DNA of 64,000 nucleotides from Eledone cirrhosa (Eukaryota). The notes below the pieces were generated by a model. The model saw nothing but the letters and a program-made list of their open reading frames with translations, did no database searches and was not told the DNA's origin. Position 1 is the first letter of the stretch; every line of letters begins with the position of its first letter. Location of the stretch: NCBI GenBank assembly GCA_964016885.1, contig OZ024740.1, forward strand, positions 127,038,001 to 127,102,000, read 5' to 3'. A program made the translations under genes and the position numbers. Shown here piece after piece: positions 28,744 through 41,245 of the stretch.

Positions 28744-30869
28744 TTAATTAGGTTTATAATATTTAAATGTTTTTTTTAGTTTATGATTACACGATATAAT
28801 TAATTCCTGTCGTTTATTTAATAGGATATCCTTAGATTTCATTATTTCAAATAGTTCTTGGGAACATAATCTACATTCATTTCTATTATTTTGATAAGGG
28901 GGTGGCTCTTTTGAGCATACTCCAGGTCAAATCATATTCTATATTCTTATTTTTATAACTATTGATTTTTTCTGCTAGAGATGTTGTATTAGCCAGTGCG
29001 GCATTTTTAAAACTATGCTTGTGGGTATTAAACCTTGTCTTAAAATTGTTAGAAGTAGCTCCTATATATGAGCAAATAGAATCTTTAGTTTTAACATTAC
29101 ATTTATAGACTATGTTGTTAACAAGACAATTCCCTTTTAATGGGCAGTTTGCTTTGTTTCTACAGTTACAACCTTTCGTTAATTCTGTATTTGAGGAGAT
29201 ATTATGGTTAATTTGATGTATTGGTGGTATACTTATGGTTTTCTTACATTTATATGCATTATAGGCACTTATATTTTGTTTTATGTTATTTGTTGTTGAG
29301 TATGAGAATTTAACTGTAGACCTATTTAAGATTTGATGGTATTTGTGGTTTGGCGGGAAGTTTTTCTCTAGGATATAAAAAAAATTTTTAGCAATATTAT
29401 CCTTAATTTGTAAATTAAATGGAGCATTATACCAAGTAACCCGTCTATTACGGTTTCTATGTTGTTTATTATTTTTATTATTTTTATAGGTTGTATCGTG
29501 ATGTTTACTAGGAGGATTAATGTTAATGATCTCACCACAAGCATTTTTAGTTATATTTGTAGATTTAGGTGTTTTATCTTTTTTATTAGGAGTTTTATTA
29601 TTAATATTTATTAGAGTTGTATGATGAGTAGTTTTTTGAGAGTTACTATATTTTATATTAGAAGATTTGGTATTTTGGGGTATAGTGTGGGTGGCATTTA
29701 GGTGTGTACTTTTCATTTGGTGTTTGTTGGTAATATTAGGTTGTATGCTTTTAGTATTTTTAGTAGAAGGTATATATTCTAATCTATTTTTGTGGCCACT
29801 TCTATCTAGAGCTTCGTTATAGAAGGTCGCATTTTTATCAAATACATCTTGGTTAGAAGAAAGGTTAGAAATTCTAAGTGATATATTATACGCAAGGTTT
29901 TTAAGGATAGATTTAGGGTGATTAGATTGTGAGTGTATGTAATGTAAGTTTTGGTTTGGTTTATGGTAAGGTTGGTAGATACCCGTAGCTAAATCTAAAG
30001 TTATATCTAGGAAATTTACTACTTTACTTGTTTTTTCAAAAGTAATATGAAGATTATAATAGTCTTTAAGGAAAGTTCTAATATGTTTTTTGTTTTTTTC
30101 TATTTCTGAAAGGCTAAGGTTGTTAGAAAGAAGAAGACAGTCATCACGATATAAACCACCTTTAAGGTGGGGAAAGGAGGCATTTATGTTGAAAAGGAGA
30201 AAGAGGCCCACAAGATCAGTAATTTGGGCGGAATCGCTTGAACCCATAGTAATATCAAATAGATTACTATATGTGTTTCTGGTCCAGTATTCATTCTGAA
30301 ATTCAATAAGTGTTAGTCTAGCATGTGTAATAATATTAATGTCATCCAAAGTTAAGTTAGATCTATTTTCAGCAAATATCAATGCTTTGTTCAGGAGTAT
30401 AGGTGATATAGAAGAATAGTAATTATCTATATCAAATTGTAGAAATGAAGCAGAAGATTTACATCTAATATTTTTAAACCAGTTAATTACCTGGGAGGTG
30501 TTTTCCCAGAGTGGTAAAATAACGTGTTTTCTTATTTGTGGGATGACTCTATCCAAAATTTTTTTGCTAATTATTCCAATATCTGATTTGGAGGGACATA
30601 TAAGTCTTATAGAAGGATTTGAGTTAAAGTTTGATTTATGATCCTTCAGGTTGAAGTGTGGTCTTTTCAATGCCAAAGGTTCAGTTCTATCTTCAATGTT
30701 CAATTTTTTTACTATATTGTGTGTTTTGTTGTTGATGTTGGTGAGTGACGCATTATTAGATTTCTTATAATTTTTTCTGAGTTCTTTATATATGAACTCA
30801 TTATAATGTTCAATATCCATGTGATACAAGTTACCAGTTTTGTCCGAGTGGACATGGATTTTTTTAGAC
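28744..30869 (-). CDS. Penelope RT-GIY-YIG polyprotein, 5'-truncated, one frameshift near 28900
   Basis: HSDKTGN, KDHK, RLICP, FDIDNYY, MGS, LYRDD, FLDITLD, SNHP, WYNAPF, CNCRNKANCPLKGNC and IVY..YIG. The C-terminus (CRLC..CNH) continues to 28744 in another frame. Features match C-terminal-EN PLEs of the Hydra type (recall). Confidence 0.92.
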
Positions 30870-30887
30870 TTTTTTAGACTTTTTTAG

Positions 30888-31322
30888 ACGAAAGGTTGTA
30901 ACTGTAGAAACAAAGCAAACTGCCCATTAAAAGGGAATTGTCTTGTTAACAACATAGTCTATAAATGTAATGTTAAAACTAAAGATTCTATTTGCTCATA
31001 TATAGGAGCTACTTCTAACAATTTTAAGACAAGGTTTAATACCCACAAGCATAGTTTTAAAAATGCCGCACTGGCTAATACAACATCTCTAGCAGAAAAA
31101 ATCAATAGTTATAAAAATAAGAATATAGAATATGATTTGACCTGGAGTGTGCTCAAAAGAGCCACCCCTTATCAAAATAATAGAAATGAATGTAGATTAT
31201 GTTCCCAAGAACTATTTGAAATAATGAAATCTAAGGATATCCTATTAAATAAACGACAGGAATTAATTATATCGTGTAATCATAAACTAAAAAAAACATT
31301 TAAATATTATAAACCTAATTAA
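30888..31322 (+). pseudogene. Inverted duplicate of the GIY-YIG domain of PLE-4 (frame intact)
   Basis: TKGCNCRNKANCPL...YIGATS...RATPYQNNRNECRLC...KYYKPN*. Confidence 0.88.
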
Positions 31323-32832
31323 TAACATTATTTTAGAAATTAATATATAATTTAATTTAAATGTTAGTTAACCTATAAATTTAATTTAATTAAAATTCTA
31401 CTACAGATGAGAATATAAAATATTGTGTAATCATAAATTGTGAAAAACCTTTAAATATTACTAATATATACTTAGAAATTTAATTTATAGATTAATTTTA
31501 ATTTATTTAACCCTTTATTAAAATTCCTTTACAGATAAAATATAACAAAATATCGTGTATCCAATGACAGAGAAATAATTTTTAGTATTATAGACCTAAT
31601 TAATATACATTTTAGAAATATATTTATAATTTGGTTTTAAATTTAGTCAACCTAAAAATTTAATTTAATTGGCTTAAAATTAGTATCCTAATACAGACGG
31701 ATTGCAGAGTGTCATGTAATCATAGAATGGGATGTGTCTTGGATGTATACCTAGTTAATATATTCTTTGCAATTTTTGAAAAAATATGTATATGTATGTA
31801 TGTATATGTATGTGTATGTATGTATGTATATGTGTATATATATATATATATATGTGTGTGTATGTATATGTATATGTATATGTATTAATTTTGATTTCTA
31901 TTTGCATATAATTATATTCTGCTATTGATAAAATACAATATCTGTTTTATTTATTATATATCTAATTAACATATACTATAGAAATTAATATATAATTTTT
32001 AATTTAGTTAACCTATAATTTATATTGTTTTTTCCCTATTACTAAATTCATTTCCTAATATTGATACCATAACGTTAATAACTTTAATTTAGTTATACTA
32101 TAATTAATACTCTACTACTATTTAACTTCAAAATTCTGCTTCAAATATTATAAACCTAACTAATTTACACCTTAGAAATCAATATGTTAACTATCTTTAG
32201 TTTAGTTAACATATAATTAATGGTATACTTATTTTGAAATGCATAATTTTGCCTTATTTCTTGCATTTCCTAACACTGAAACTATGTAAAAACATATATT
32301 GAGATCCAAATACAGATTAATATTCTATGTTTCTTGAAACATATATTTACTATAATCCCCTTCTCCACCCCCCACCCCCTTTCCCCCATACTATTATCAT
32401 CTGTGTTTGTAAGCGTGTATGTATGAATATATATGTAGGTAGGTGTATATATGTTTGGGTGTTTATATCTGAGTATAAAAATACATATATGCGCATGCAA
32501 ATAAGAATGCATGATTGTGTGTATATATATATATGTATATATATATGTGTGTATATATGCATGTGTATATATATGTGTATATATATATATATATATATGT
32601 GTATATGTGTATATGTGTGTGGGCGTGTATGCGTGTGTGTATGTATATATGTATATGTGTGTATGTATGTGTATGTATATATGTGTATGTGTATATATAT
32701 GTCTCTCTATATATATGTCTATCTTCGTATCTATGTGGGTATATGTGTGTATGTACATGTATGCACATGTATATGTTTATGTGTATATGTGTGTATGTGT
32801 ATATATGTACGTGTGCGCACATATATATGTGA

Positions 32833-32864
<32 letters not shown>

Positions 32865-33490
32865 GTATATCTATGTGTGTATATATATATATTCGTATGT
32901 GTATATATATATATTATTTATTATTGTAATATTTATTATTATAATATAACTTATGTGTATATGTATATATGTGAAGGTGTGTATGTGTATATATATGTGT
33001 ATATATATGTATATATATATGTAAAAAAATATATATGTGTATGTGTGTTTTTGTGTGTGTGTATATATATGTATATATGTGTGTATGTATGTGTTTGTAT
33101 GTGTGTTTATGGTTGTATGTGTGTGTGGGTATATATATAAATGTATGTGTATATATATATATATATATATGTGTATATGTATCTCTTTTAATGTGTCTAT
33201 ATATGTATATGTATATACCTTTTTCTTTGTATGTCTGAGTTGTGTGAGAGTGTAGTAGTGTTTGTATGTATATACGCATATATGGATGCGTATGTATTTG
33301 TATATATGCGTATATGTAAGTGCGTATGTGTGTATGAATATATATCTATATCTATGTATGAGTATGTATGTGTGTGTATGTATGTGTGTGTGTATGTATG
33401 TATGTGTGTATGTGTGTATATATATATATATAGGTGTGTATATGTATGCATGTATGTGTATGTATGTACATATATGTGTATGTATATGTG

Positions 33491-33522
<32 letters not shown>

Positions 33523-33728
33523 TATATGTTTATTTTATATATATGTGTGTGTGTGTATGTGTGTGTATATATATCTTTATATATGTGTATGTGTATGTTT
33601 GTGTAGGTGTGTGTGTGTGTGTGACTATATATGTATGTGTGTATGTGTGTATGTATGTATGTGTATGTGTGTGTACATGTATGTATGTGTATGTATATAT
33701 ATGTGTATATGTGTATGTATATATATAT

Positions 33729-33760
<32 letters not shown>

Positions 33761-34248
33761 GTATCTCTATTTGTATGTGTATATGTGTATATGTATATAC
33801 CTTTTTCTTTGTATGTCTGAGTTGTGTGAGAGTGTAGTGGTGTTTGTATGTATATACCGATATATGGATGCGTAAGTATTTGTACATATGCGTATATATA
33901 AGTACGTATGTGTGGGTGAATATATTCTATGTCTATGTATGAGTATGTATGTGTGTGTATGTATGTGTATATGTGTGTATGTATGTATGTATGTATGTCT
34001 GTATGTATATGTGTGTATATATATGTATGTATGTGTATGTCTGTATGTATATAAGTATGTATGTGTATGTATATGTGCGTGTATGTGTATATATATATGT
34101 GTGTCTATATATGGTTGTGTGTATATATGTGTATATATGTGTGTATATATATGTGTATATATATATATGTGTAGGTGTGTATATGTGTGTATATATATAT
34201 ATATGTATATATTTATATATGTGTGTGTGTGAGTGTTGTATGTGTAGA

Positions 34249-34295
<47 letters not shown>

Positions 34296-34929
34296 ATATA
34301 TATATATATATATATATTTTCTTGATATATTTCTTTTTTCTTTTTTCTTTCTCTTTTCTTTTCTTTTTATTTCTAAGTTTATAGATACATCTATAAATAA
34401 GCAGTCTGCCCAATCCGTTGAATACTGACCTCTCCCCCCTCCCACCTAATTTCTGTATCTTGATCTAAATGTGTGTGGCAGTGTTTATGTGAGTGAATTA
34501 ATATCCATGTGCTTATGATAATATTATATCCACATATATATGTGTGTGGGGTGTGTGTGTGTATGTATGTTCGTAATTATGTGTATGTTTATGCATATAC
34601 GCGCGCGTGTGTGTGAGTGTACGGATGTGTGTGAGTATGAGAATATGTGTATACACTTATTTCATATTTATGTGTCTATACGCATTTTATCTGTGGATTA
34701 TAAACTTACAGAGACATTAGCCTTGAATTTTTCGTATTTGCATACATCTTTTTGGCATGCGTAAGCATGTTGGGCATATATCTTTGTATAAATATCTGTA
34801 CGGGGTTAGTTACATGTATATACACACACCAAACTGCATAAAACTTTTTGTATTTTCATTGGTCAATTTTGAACTCCGTTCCCAAACGGACCTGAAATTT
34901 TGAATTGTTGTTATTATCAATAAATATAT

Positions 34930-35084
34930 TTCATTATTTCTGAAGACGGCATATATGTGTGTTTGGTATGTATATTTAATCTTGATAGTTTGTATAACTT
35001 TGTATAATTTTGTACATAGATCTGTTGAATATGCATGCCAATTCTAACACATATATATCCTAGAAACGATCGTTAAATAATGAA
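34930..35084 (+). ncRNA. Hammerhead ribozyme with ~115-nt stem II
   Basis: TTCATTATTT-[CTGAAGA 34940-34946]-long hairpin-[GAAA 35063-35066]-CGATCG-TT^AAATAATGAA. Stem I is 10 bp and stem III is the palindrome ACGATCGT. Confidence 0.72.
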
Positions 35085-35138
35085 CTTTTTTTGTTTAATA
35101 TAAGGAACTGTTTCATTGTTTTATTCATTATTTGTTTA

Positions 35139-35175
<37 letters not shown>

Positions 35176-35331
35176 GCATATATATATATACACACATGCA
35201 CACATACACACATACACGCACACACACACATATATATATATATGCAAATGGAATCATCCCGTCGGATAAGACGACGACTGTTCCAGTTGATTCTATTAAC
35301 CGAACAGGCTACTGGTGAAATCAATGTGCCA

Positions 35332-35465
35332 AAGACGACGCTTTGGTTCGTGAAGACGTCCCCTGGCAATGAACGGAAAAAAGCGAAGATAATACGTCGT
35401 TATGTGGGCGTGAGAACAATTACACGCAAAGACAAAACCACGTTTCTGGTATAAATGAAGTCGTA
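35332..35465 (+). repeat. ~135-bp repeat with an inverted diverged copy at 39494-39629
   Basis: AAGACGA..CTTTGGTTC.TGAAGAC...GGCAATGAACGGAAAAAAG...ATAAATGAAGTCGTA. Confidence 0.8.
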
Positions 35466-35825
35466 ATATTTTATGTTTATACCATTACCCTTTTGTATAG
35501 GTAAGTATACCTTACGGTATGTTTTGTGGAGGTACGTATACTTTCTCGTAGTATATATGCTTGTATTTGTTATAGGTGTATATATTATATTATATATACT
35601 GGTATATGTGTATATGTGTACATTGTGTATATGAATACTTTGCGTTTGAGTGTGTATGCGCGTATCCGTGTGTATGCACGTATGTAAAGTGTGTATATAT
35701 GTACATTGTGATTTGGTTGACGTAAGTTTGGTGTAAATGTGTATTTACCTGTAGGTATGTGTGTGCGTGCGTTATATACGTATTTATGTGTGTATATTTA
35801 TATACGTTTATATAATTATATGTAT

Positions 35826-35873
<48 letters not shown>

Positions 35874-35919
35874 CAGGAAAGAAGGTTTACATGGTTTGCT
35901 ATACAAAAAAGTGTTTATT

Positions 35920-36036
35920 CACATAGCTTACATTTGTTTCACTGAACTGGTCTGTCTAGAGATCGCTATCCGCCTAATTTTGCGTCATTCGATCGCCAAT
36001 ACAGAATTATAACCAGTCAGATCTTCGGAGCATGCG
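35920..36036 (-). ncRNA. Hammerhead candidate (C4 variant, long stem II), inverted-arm copy
   Basis: Reverse complement of 38836-38952. Confidence 0.55.
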
Positions 36037-36392
36037 AGAATGAAGAAAATACACAGGCAAGAAAAGAAAAGAAAATATGGAGTAGTTATGGCATTCAATT
36101 AGAACAATAACAACAACAATTATTACAACAATGCTATCAATAAACTATTTAAGGAGACCCTGACATTACTTAGGTGGGGGGTATATAATGTATCTAATGT
36201 TACGGCGTGAAAATCAGCTGTCATAAGGCAAAAAGTATCGTAGTGTGTATCAATTTTAAATTATAAAGATAAGCTAGTTTTTACAGTCTTTCTCTTCATC
36301 TTCAACAGTATACATGAGTGGGACCACTGTCAAAGCTCAATAGTTGTAGAGTTAATACAGAGGTTAACGAATTAATATACGCATATATCTAT

Positions 36393-36461
<69 letters not shown>

Positions 36462-36912
36462 AATATATATACACATATATGTGTACATAGACACATACAT
36501 ACACATCAATATACACTCGTACAAAAATATACATACATGCAAAGAGAAAAGCGTGCTAATTGTAGTTATGGCAAAAAGAAGGTAAAGTAACATTGTAGTA
36601 GTGAAATGAGAGAAACTAGGATCTAGGATCAAATGATTGCAGCAGCTGAGAAGGAGTAAGATTGTTGGTAGATGAGGTATTTACAGACAATTGTGTGGTA
36701 TAGACTTGTGAAGGAAATAGTATACTTAATGAATATATTTCTGTGGGTAGTAGGTATCCTAATTTAAAGCTATGTTATGTTGGTTCGATTCACGGAGGTT
36801 TGAATCTTATGAATTTAGTGGCTATTCTATGTCTGCAGAAGATAGATCTTTCTAACTTATTATTAAGTAGCCTTTTAACATTTCTAAGGATATACAATAG
36901 CTCAAGATCACA

Positions 36913-38046
36913 CATAATGAAAATCTTGCCTACATTAGTTACAACTCAAATCACCCCAAATCCATAATTAAATCCATAGCACGTAGTATATCCCTCCGAA
37001 TATCCCGCCTATCCTCAAACCTAGAAATCTTTAACGAACATGCTGACTATTATAATGCAGCATTAAGTAGGGCCGGTCATAAAGATAAACTACAGAATAT
37101 AGTGAATAAGGACAACATAAACAATCCTAGTAATTTCTACTCCAACCGCTCACATAATAATAGGAATAGCTTGGTTAGACATGTAACACCTAGAGTAAAC
37201 GGCCAAAACACTAATAACGTAAACCCTAGAAACAATAGAAGAAACAGACAAAGAAAATACCTATGGTTCAACCCAATATTCAACTCCTCTATAAAAACTA
37301 GACTGCCCTCTACATTCTTTAAACTAATAGATAAACACTTCCCTATCTCGCATAGATATCACAAAATACTCAATAGATCTACTATTAAACTCTCTTTCTC
37401 AACAGCAGCTAACATAGAATCACACATACGTAAGATCAACCACAGAAATATCTCAAGTAAATCAATTGCACCTATACATAAGCACAAACTCATCACAACA
37501 TCACAACCACAAGCGCATACAAACGCGCAGCAGCAAAACCCCATGGGGCATATATCACAACCCACTTATAACAGGGTACTAAATAGGAATGTAAAAGCTG
37601 CACAAAATAGCGCCTCAAACTGCAACTGTCACCTCCCAGATAGGTGCCCATTGGCGAATAGATGTCTCGATTCGAGCCTGGTGTACATGTGCACTGTCAT
37701 CTCGGGTAACTCCACCTGGAATTACATAGGATCCACCGCGGGTTCTTTTAAGAAAAGATGGTATGTGCACAGGCACTCAATGAAAAATCGAGCACTTATG
37801 GGTTCCACCACTCTCGCCAGAAAAATATGGGAATTGAAGGACAGCAACGCTAGCTACACTATCAACTGGTCGAAGTTGTCGGCTGCTAAAACCTATTGTA
37901 CAGGGATGACCTATTGCGGGCTGTGTGATCTTGAGCTATTGTATATCCTTAGAAATGTTAAAAGGCTACTTAATAATAAGTTAGAAAGATCTATCTTCTG
38001 CAGACATAGAATAGCCACTAAATTCATAAGATTCAAACCTCCGTGA
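36913..38046 (+). CDS. Penelope polyprotein C-terminal part (thumb, linker, GIY-YIG), 5'-truncated
   Basis: Open from 36913: YISYNSNHPKSII..RISRLSSN..WFNPIF..CNCHLPDRCPLANRC..LVY..YIGST..CGLC..CRH. Confidence 0.9.
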   Translation, partial: HNENLAYISYNSNHPKSIIKSIARSISLRISRLSSNLEIFNEHADYYNAALSRAGHKDKLQNIVNKDNINNPSNFYSNRSHNNRNSLVRHVTPRVNGQNTNNVNPRNNRRNRQRKYLWFNPIFNSSIKTRLPSTFFKLIDKHFPISHRYHKILNRSTIKLSFSTAANIESHIRKINHRNISSKSIAPIHKHKLITTSQPQAHTNAQQQNPMGHISQPTYNRVLNRNVKAAQNSASNCNCHLPDRCPLANRCLDSSLVYMCTVISGNSTWNYIGSTAGSFKKRWYVHRHSMKNRALMGSTTLARKIWELKDSNASYTINWSKLSAAKTYCTGMTYCGLCDLELLYILRNVKRLLNNKLERSIFCRHRIATKFIRFKPP

Positions 38047-38374
38047 ATCGAACCAACATAACATAGCTTTAAATTAGGATACCTACTACCCACAGAAATA
38101 TATTCATTAAGTATACTATTTCCTTCACAAGTCTATACCACACAATTGTCTGTAAATACCTCATCTACCAACAATCTTACTCCTTCTCAGCTGCTGCAAT
38201 CATTTGATCCTAGATCCTAGTTTCTCTCATTTCACTACTACAATGTTACTTTACCTTCTTTTTGCCATAACTACAATTAGCACGCTTTTCTCTTTGCATG
38301 TATGTATATTTTTGTACGAGTGTATATTGATGTGTATGTATGTGTCTATGTACACATATATGTGTATATATATT

Positions 38375-38489
<115 letters not shown>

Positions 38490-38835
38490 GCGTATATTAA
38501 TTCGTTAACTTCTGTATTAACTCTACAACTATTGAGCTTTGACAGTGGTCCCACTCATGTATACTGTTGAAGATGAAGAGAAAGACTGTAAAAACTAGCT
38601 TATCTTTATAATTTAAAATTGATACACACTACGATACTTTTTGCCTTATGACAGCTGATTTTCACGCCGTAACATTAGATACATTATATACCCCCCACCT
38701 AAGTAATGTCAGGGTCTCCTTAAATAGTTTATTGATAGCATTGTTGTAATAATTGTTGTTGTTATTGTTCTAATTGAATGCCATAACTACTCCATATTTT
38801 CTTTTCTTTTCTTGCCTGTGTATTTTCTTCATTCT

Positions 38836-38952
38836 CGCATGCTCCGAAGATCTGACTGGTTATAATTCTGTATTGGCGATCGAATGACGCAAAATTAGGC
38901 GGATAGCGATCTCTAGACAGACCAGTTCAGTGAAACAAATGTAAGCTATGTG
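38836..38952 (+). ncRNA. Hammerhead candidate (CCGAAGA core, ~80-nt stem II)
   Basis: CGCATGCT-[CCGAAGA]-T-CTGACTGGT...ACCAGTTCAG-T-[GAAA]-CAAATG-TA^AGCTATGTG. Confidence 0.58.
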
Positions 38953-39169
38953 AATAAAAACTTTTTTGTATAGCAAACCATGTAAACCTTCTTTCCTGAT
39001 GTATTATTACTCCAAGTGTTTACAACATAGGAATTACAGCATACCCGCAGCATCACTATGAAAACGCCTTGTTGAGTCAAACCAAGCCAAGCGTTAATAT
39101 CATCCACTACCTGGAATACCATAACTGGACTTCACCTAAGTGGACTGCATTTAACTATTATTTGTTAAT

Positions 39170-39235
<66 letters not shown>

Positions 39236-39853
39236 TTTTATGTGTATTTGGTGTATACGTTCGTATGTGTGCGAGTACAGGTGTCACGCGGGTTTATATG
39301 TGTGCGCGTGTTTAAGTGTACGTGCATGTAAATGCATGCATGGCGGGTGTTTATGCGTATGCACGTGTATGTACGTATATGTGTAAATATTATTGATTTT
39401 AAAACCTCTGTTATTATCGTTCTACTAATCTATTTACATTATTCTTCACTCTGAAGCCGAGAATTATTCGGTTTCCTAAATAGAATATTAGTCTACGACT
39501 TCATTTATTCCATAAACATGGTTTTGTCTTTGCGTGTAATTGTTCTCAGAGATCTACATAACGACGTAATATCTTCACTTTTTTCCGTTCATTGCCTGGG
39601 AATGTCTTCATGAACCAAAGTATCGTCTTCCTGTTTTCCATCGGTTGTAACGTTTTTCAAAATATTTACTTCTGCGTTGACAAATTGATTTCTTTAGTTT
39701 CAGAAGATCGCTTTAAGGGTGACAGCAGCGGTGCTTTGCTTAAACTTTAATCTGCTATTTTAATAAATATTTGCTGTAGGGTTCTCATAAATTTGATATA
39801 TATTTATCCTTACCGAACCCTCTTTGGATTTTAGTCTTCAAATGTATTATTAT

Positions 39854-39906
<53 letters not shown>

Positions 39907-40184
39907 CGCACTCATATACACAGCCCCTTTACAGTGAAACCCAATATTAAACAACACCTCTAATCAGTGTGTCAATCACTCTCAAAATATGGCTTCTTTC
40001 ACCCTAAACGATAATAGCTTTCTTAGCTTCACTACACACCACTACATGCCCTACACTCTCTCATTAGACCAACATTCTCCCTCTCTCACAAAACCACCAA
40101 AGTCTCTCCCCATAATCTATATGCAACTAGATATCCCACTCTCTCATTCTTACAAATCACACTCCCTCACTAAACTACAAACCC

Positions 40185-40375
40185 CTCTCACTCAGACTCA
40201 GAAGCTCCCGCGTCTTGCGACGCATGAGGCAATCATAGTGTTCCACCGCGTTCGGTCAGCAGCCAGTTGCACAGTGTCCCGCCATTGTCTGTTTGTCGCT
40301 CGCATATCCCTCTCAACTGTCTGGCGCCAGTTCATTTTGGGTTGCCCTCTCCGTCTGCTTCCCCTCTGCCTGTCT
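40185..40375 (-). mobile_element. RTE-clade LINE extreme 3' fragment
   Basis: GSRRRGQPKMNWRQTVERDM...AADRTRW, the typical RTE C-terminus, followed by a short (GAGT)n-like tail. Confidence 0.75.
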
Positions 40376-41185
40376 CTATATCCCACTACATTATTTACTC
40401 TGTTTTACTTACATAATTTACCCTTTCTCATTAAACCACTATATACGTCACTCTCTATAATTCTCATAATTCCCCCTCTCTCACTAAATCACAAAGCTTT
40501 CTGCCACCGTCACATACCACACTTTCTCTCTCACTCTCACAATACCCTCTAACTAAACCAAAACATTTTCCCGCTTTTTATATCCCACAACATACCTCAC
40601 CCTCTCTCTCACAATCGTACCTCTCACGAGACCATCACATTATCTCTCTATATATATATCCCACTATAATATTTTTACTTTCAAACAACAAATATTTTCA
40701 TCTTCTGTAAAGAATGACAACATTCTACCACCAACCCCACCTTTTGAACCCCTGAGATGTGAGAGATCTTACTTTTTTAGTTAGTGTCCTTTTGCCGAAT
40801 TATTTGACAGGAGTTTAAAATATGTGATGGTGGAAGTTGCTGATAGTGTAGTGGTGTTGGTTGTGGTGGTGGTGGTGGTAGTTTGGTATTTTATTATTTT
40901 GAATATATCTATCTATCTATTTACCACCGAAACTGTGATTGTGTGCGTGTATGTAATTTAAAATAGACAAAACGACGCATAATGGGAATACCAATGGAAT
41001 AAAACAACTTTCGCGTAAATCGGAGCTTGGATTCCCGAGATACGAGGTGTTTCATGGTTTTTCATGGAGAGAGAAAGCTAAAGAAAAAGTGAAACTGTTT
41101 GTAAGAGATTAGATTGAAAGAGAGACATACAGAGAGAGAGGGAGAGAGGGTGAGAGATAGATAGAGAGAGATAGAGTACACACAC

Positions 41186-41244
<59 letters not shown>

Positions 41245-41245
<1 letters not shown>

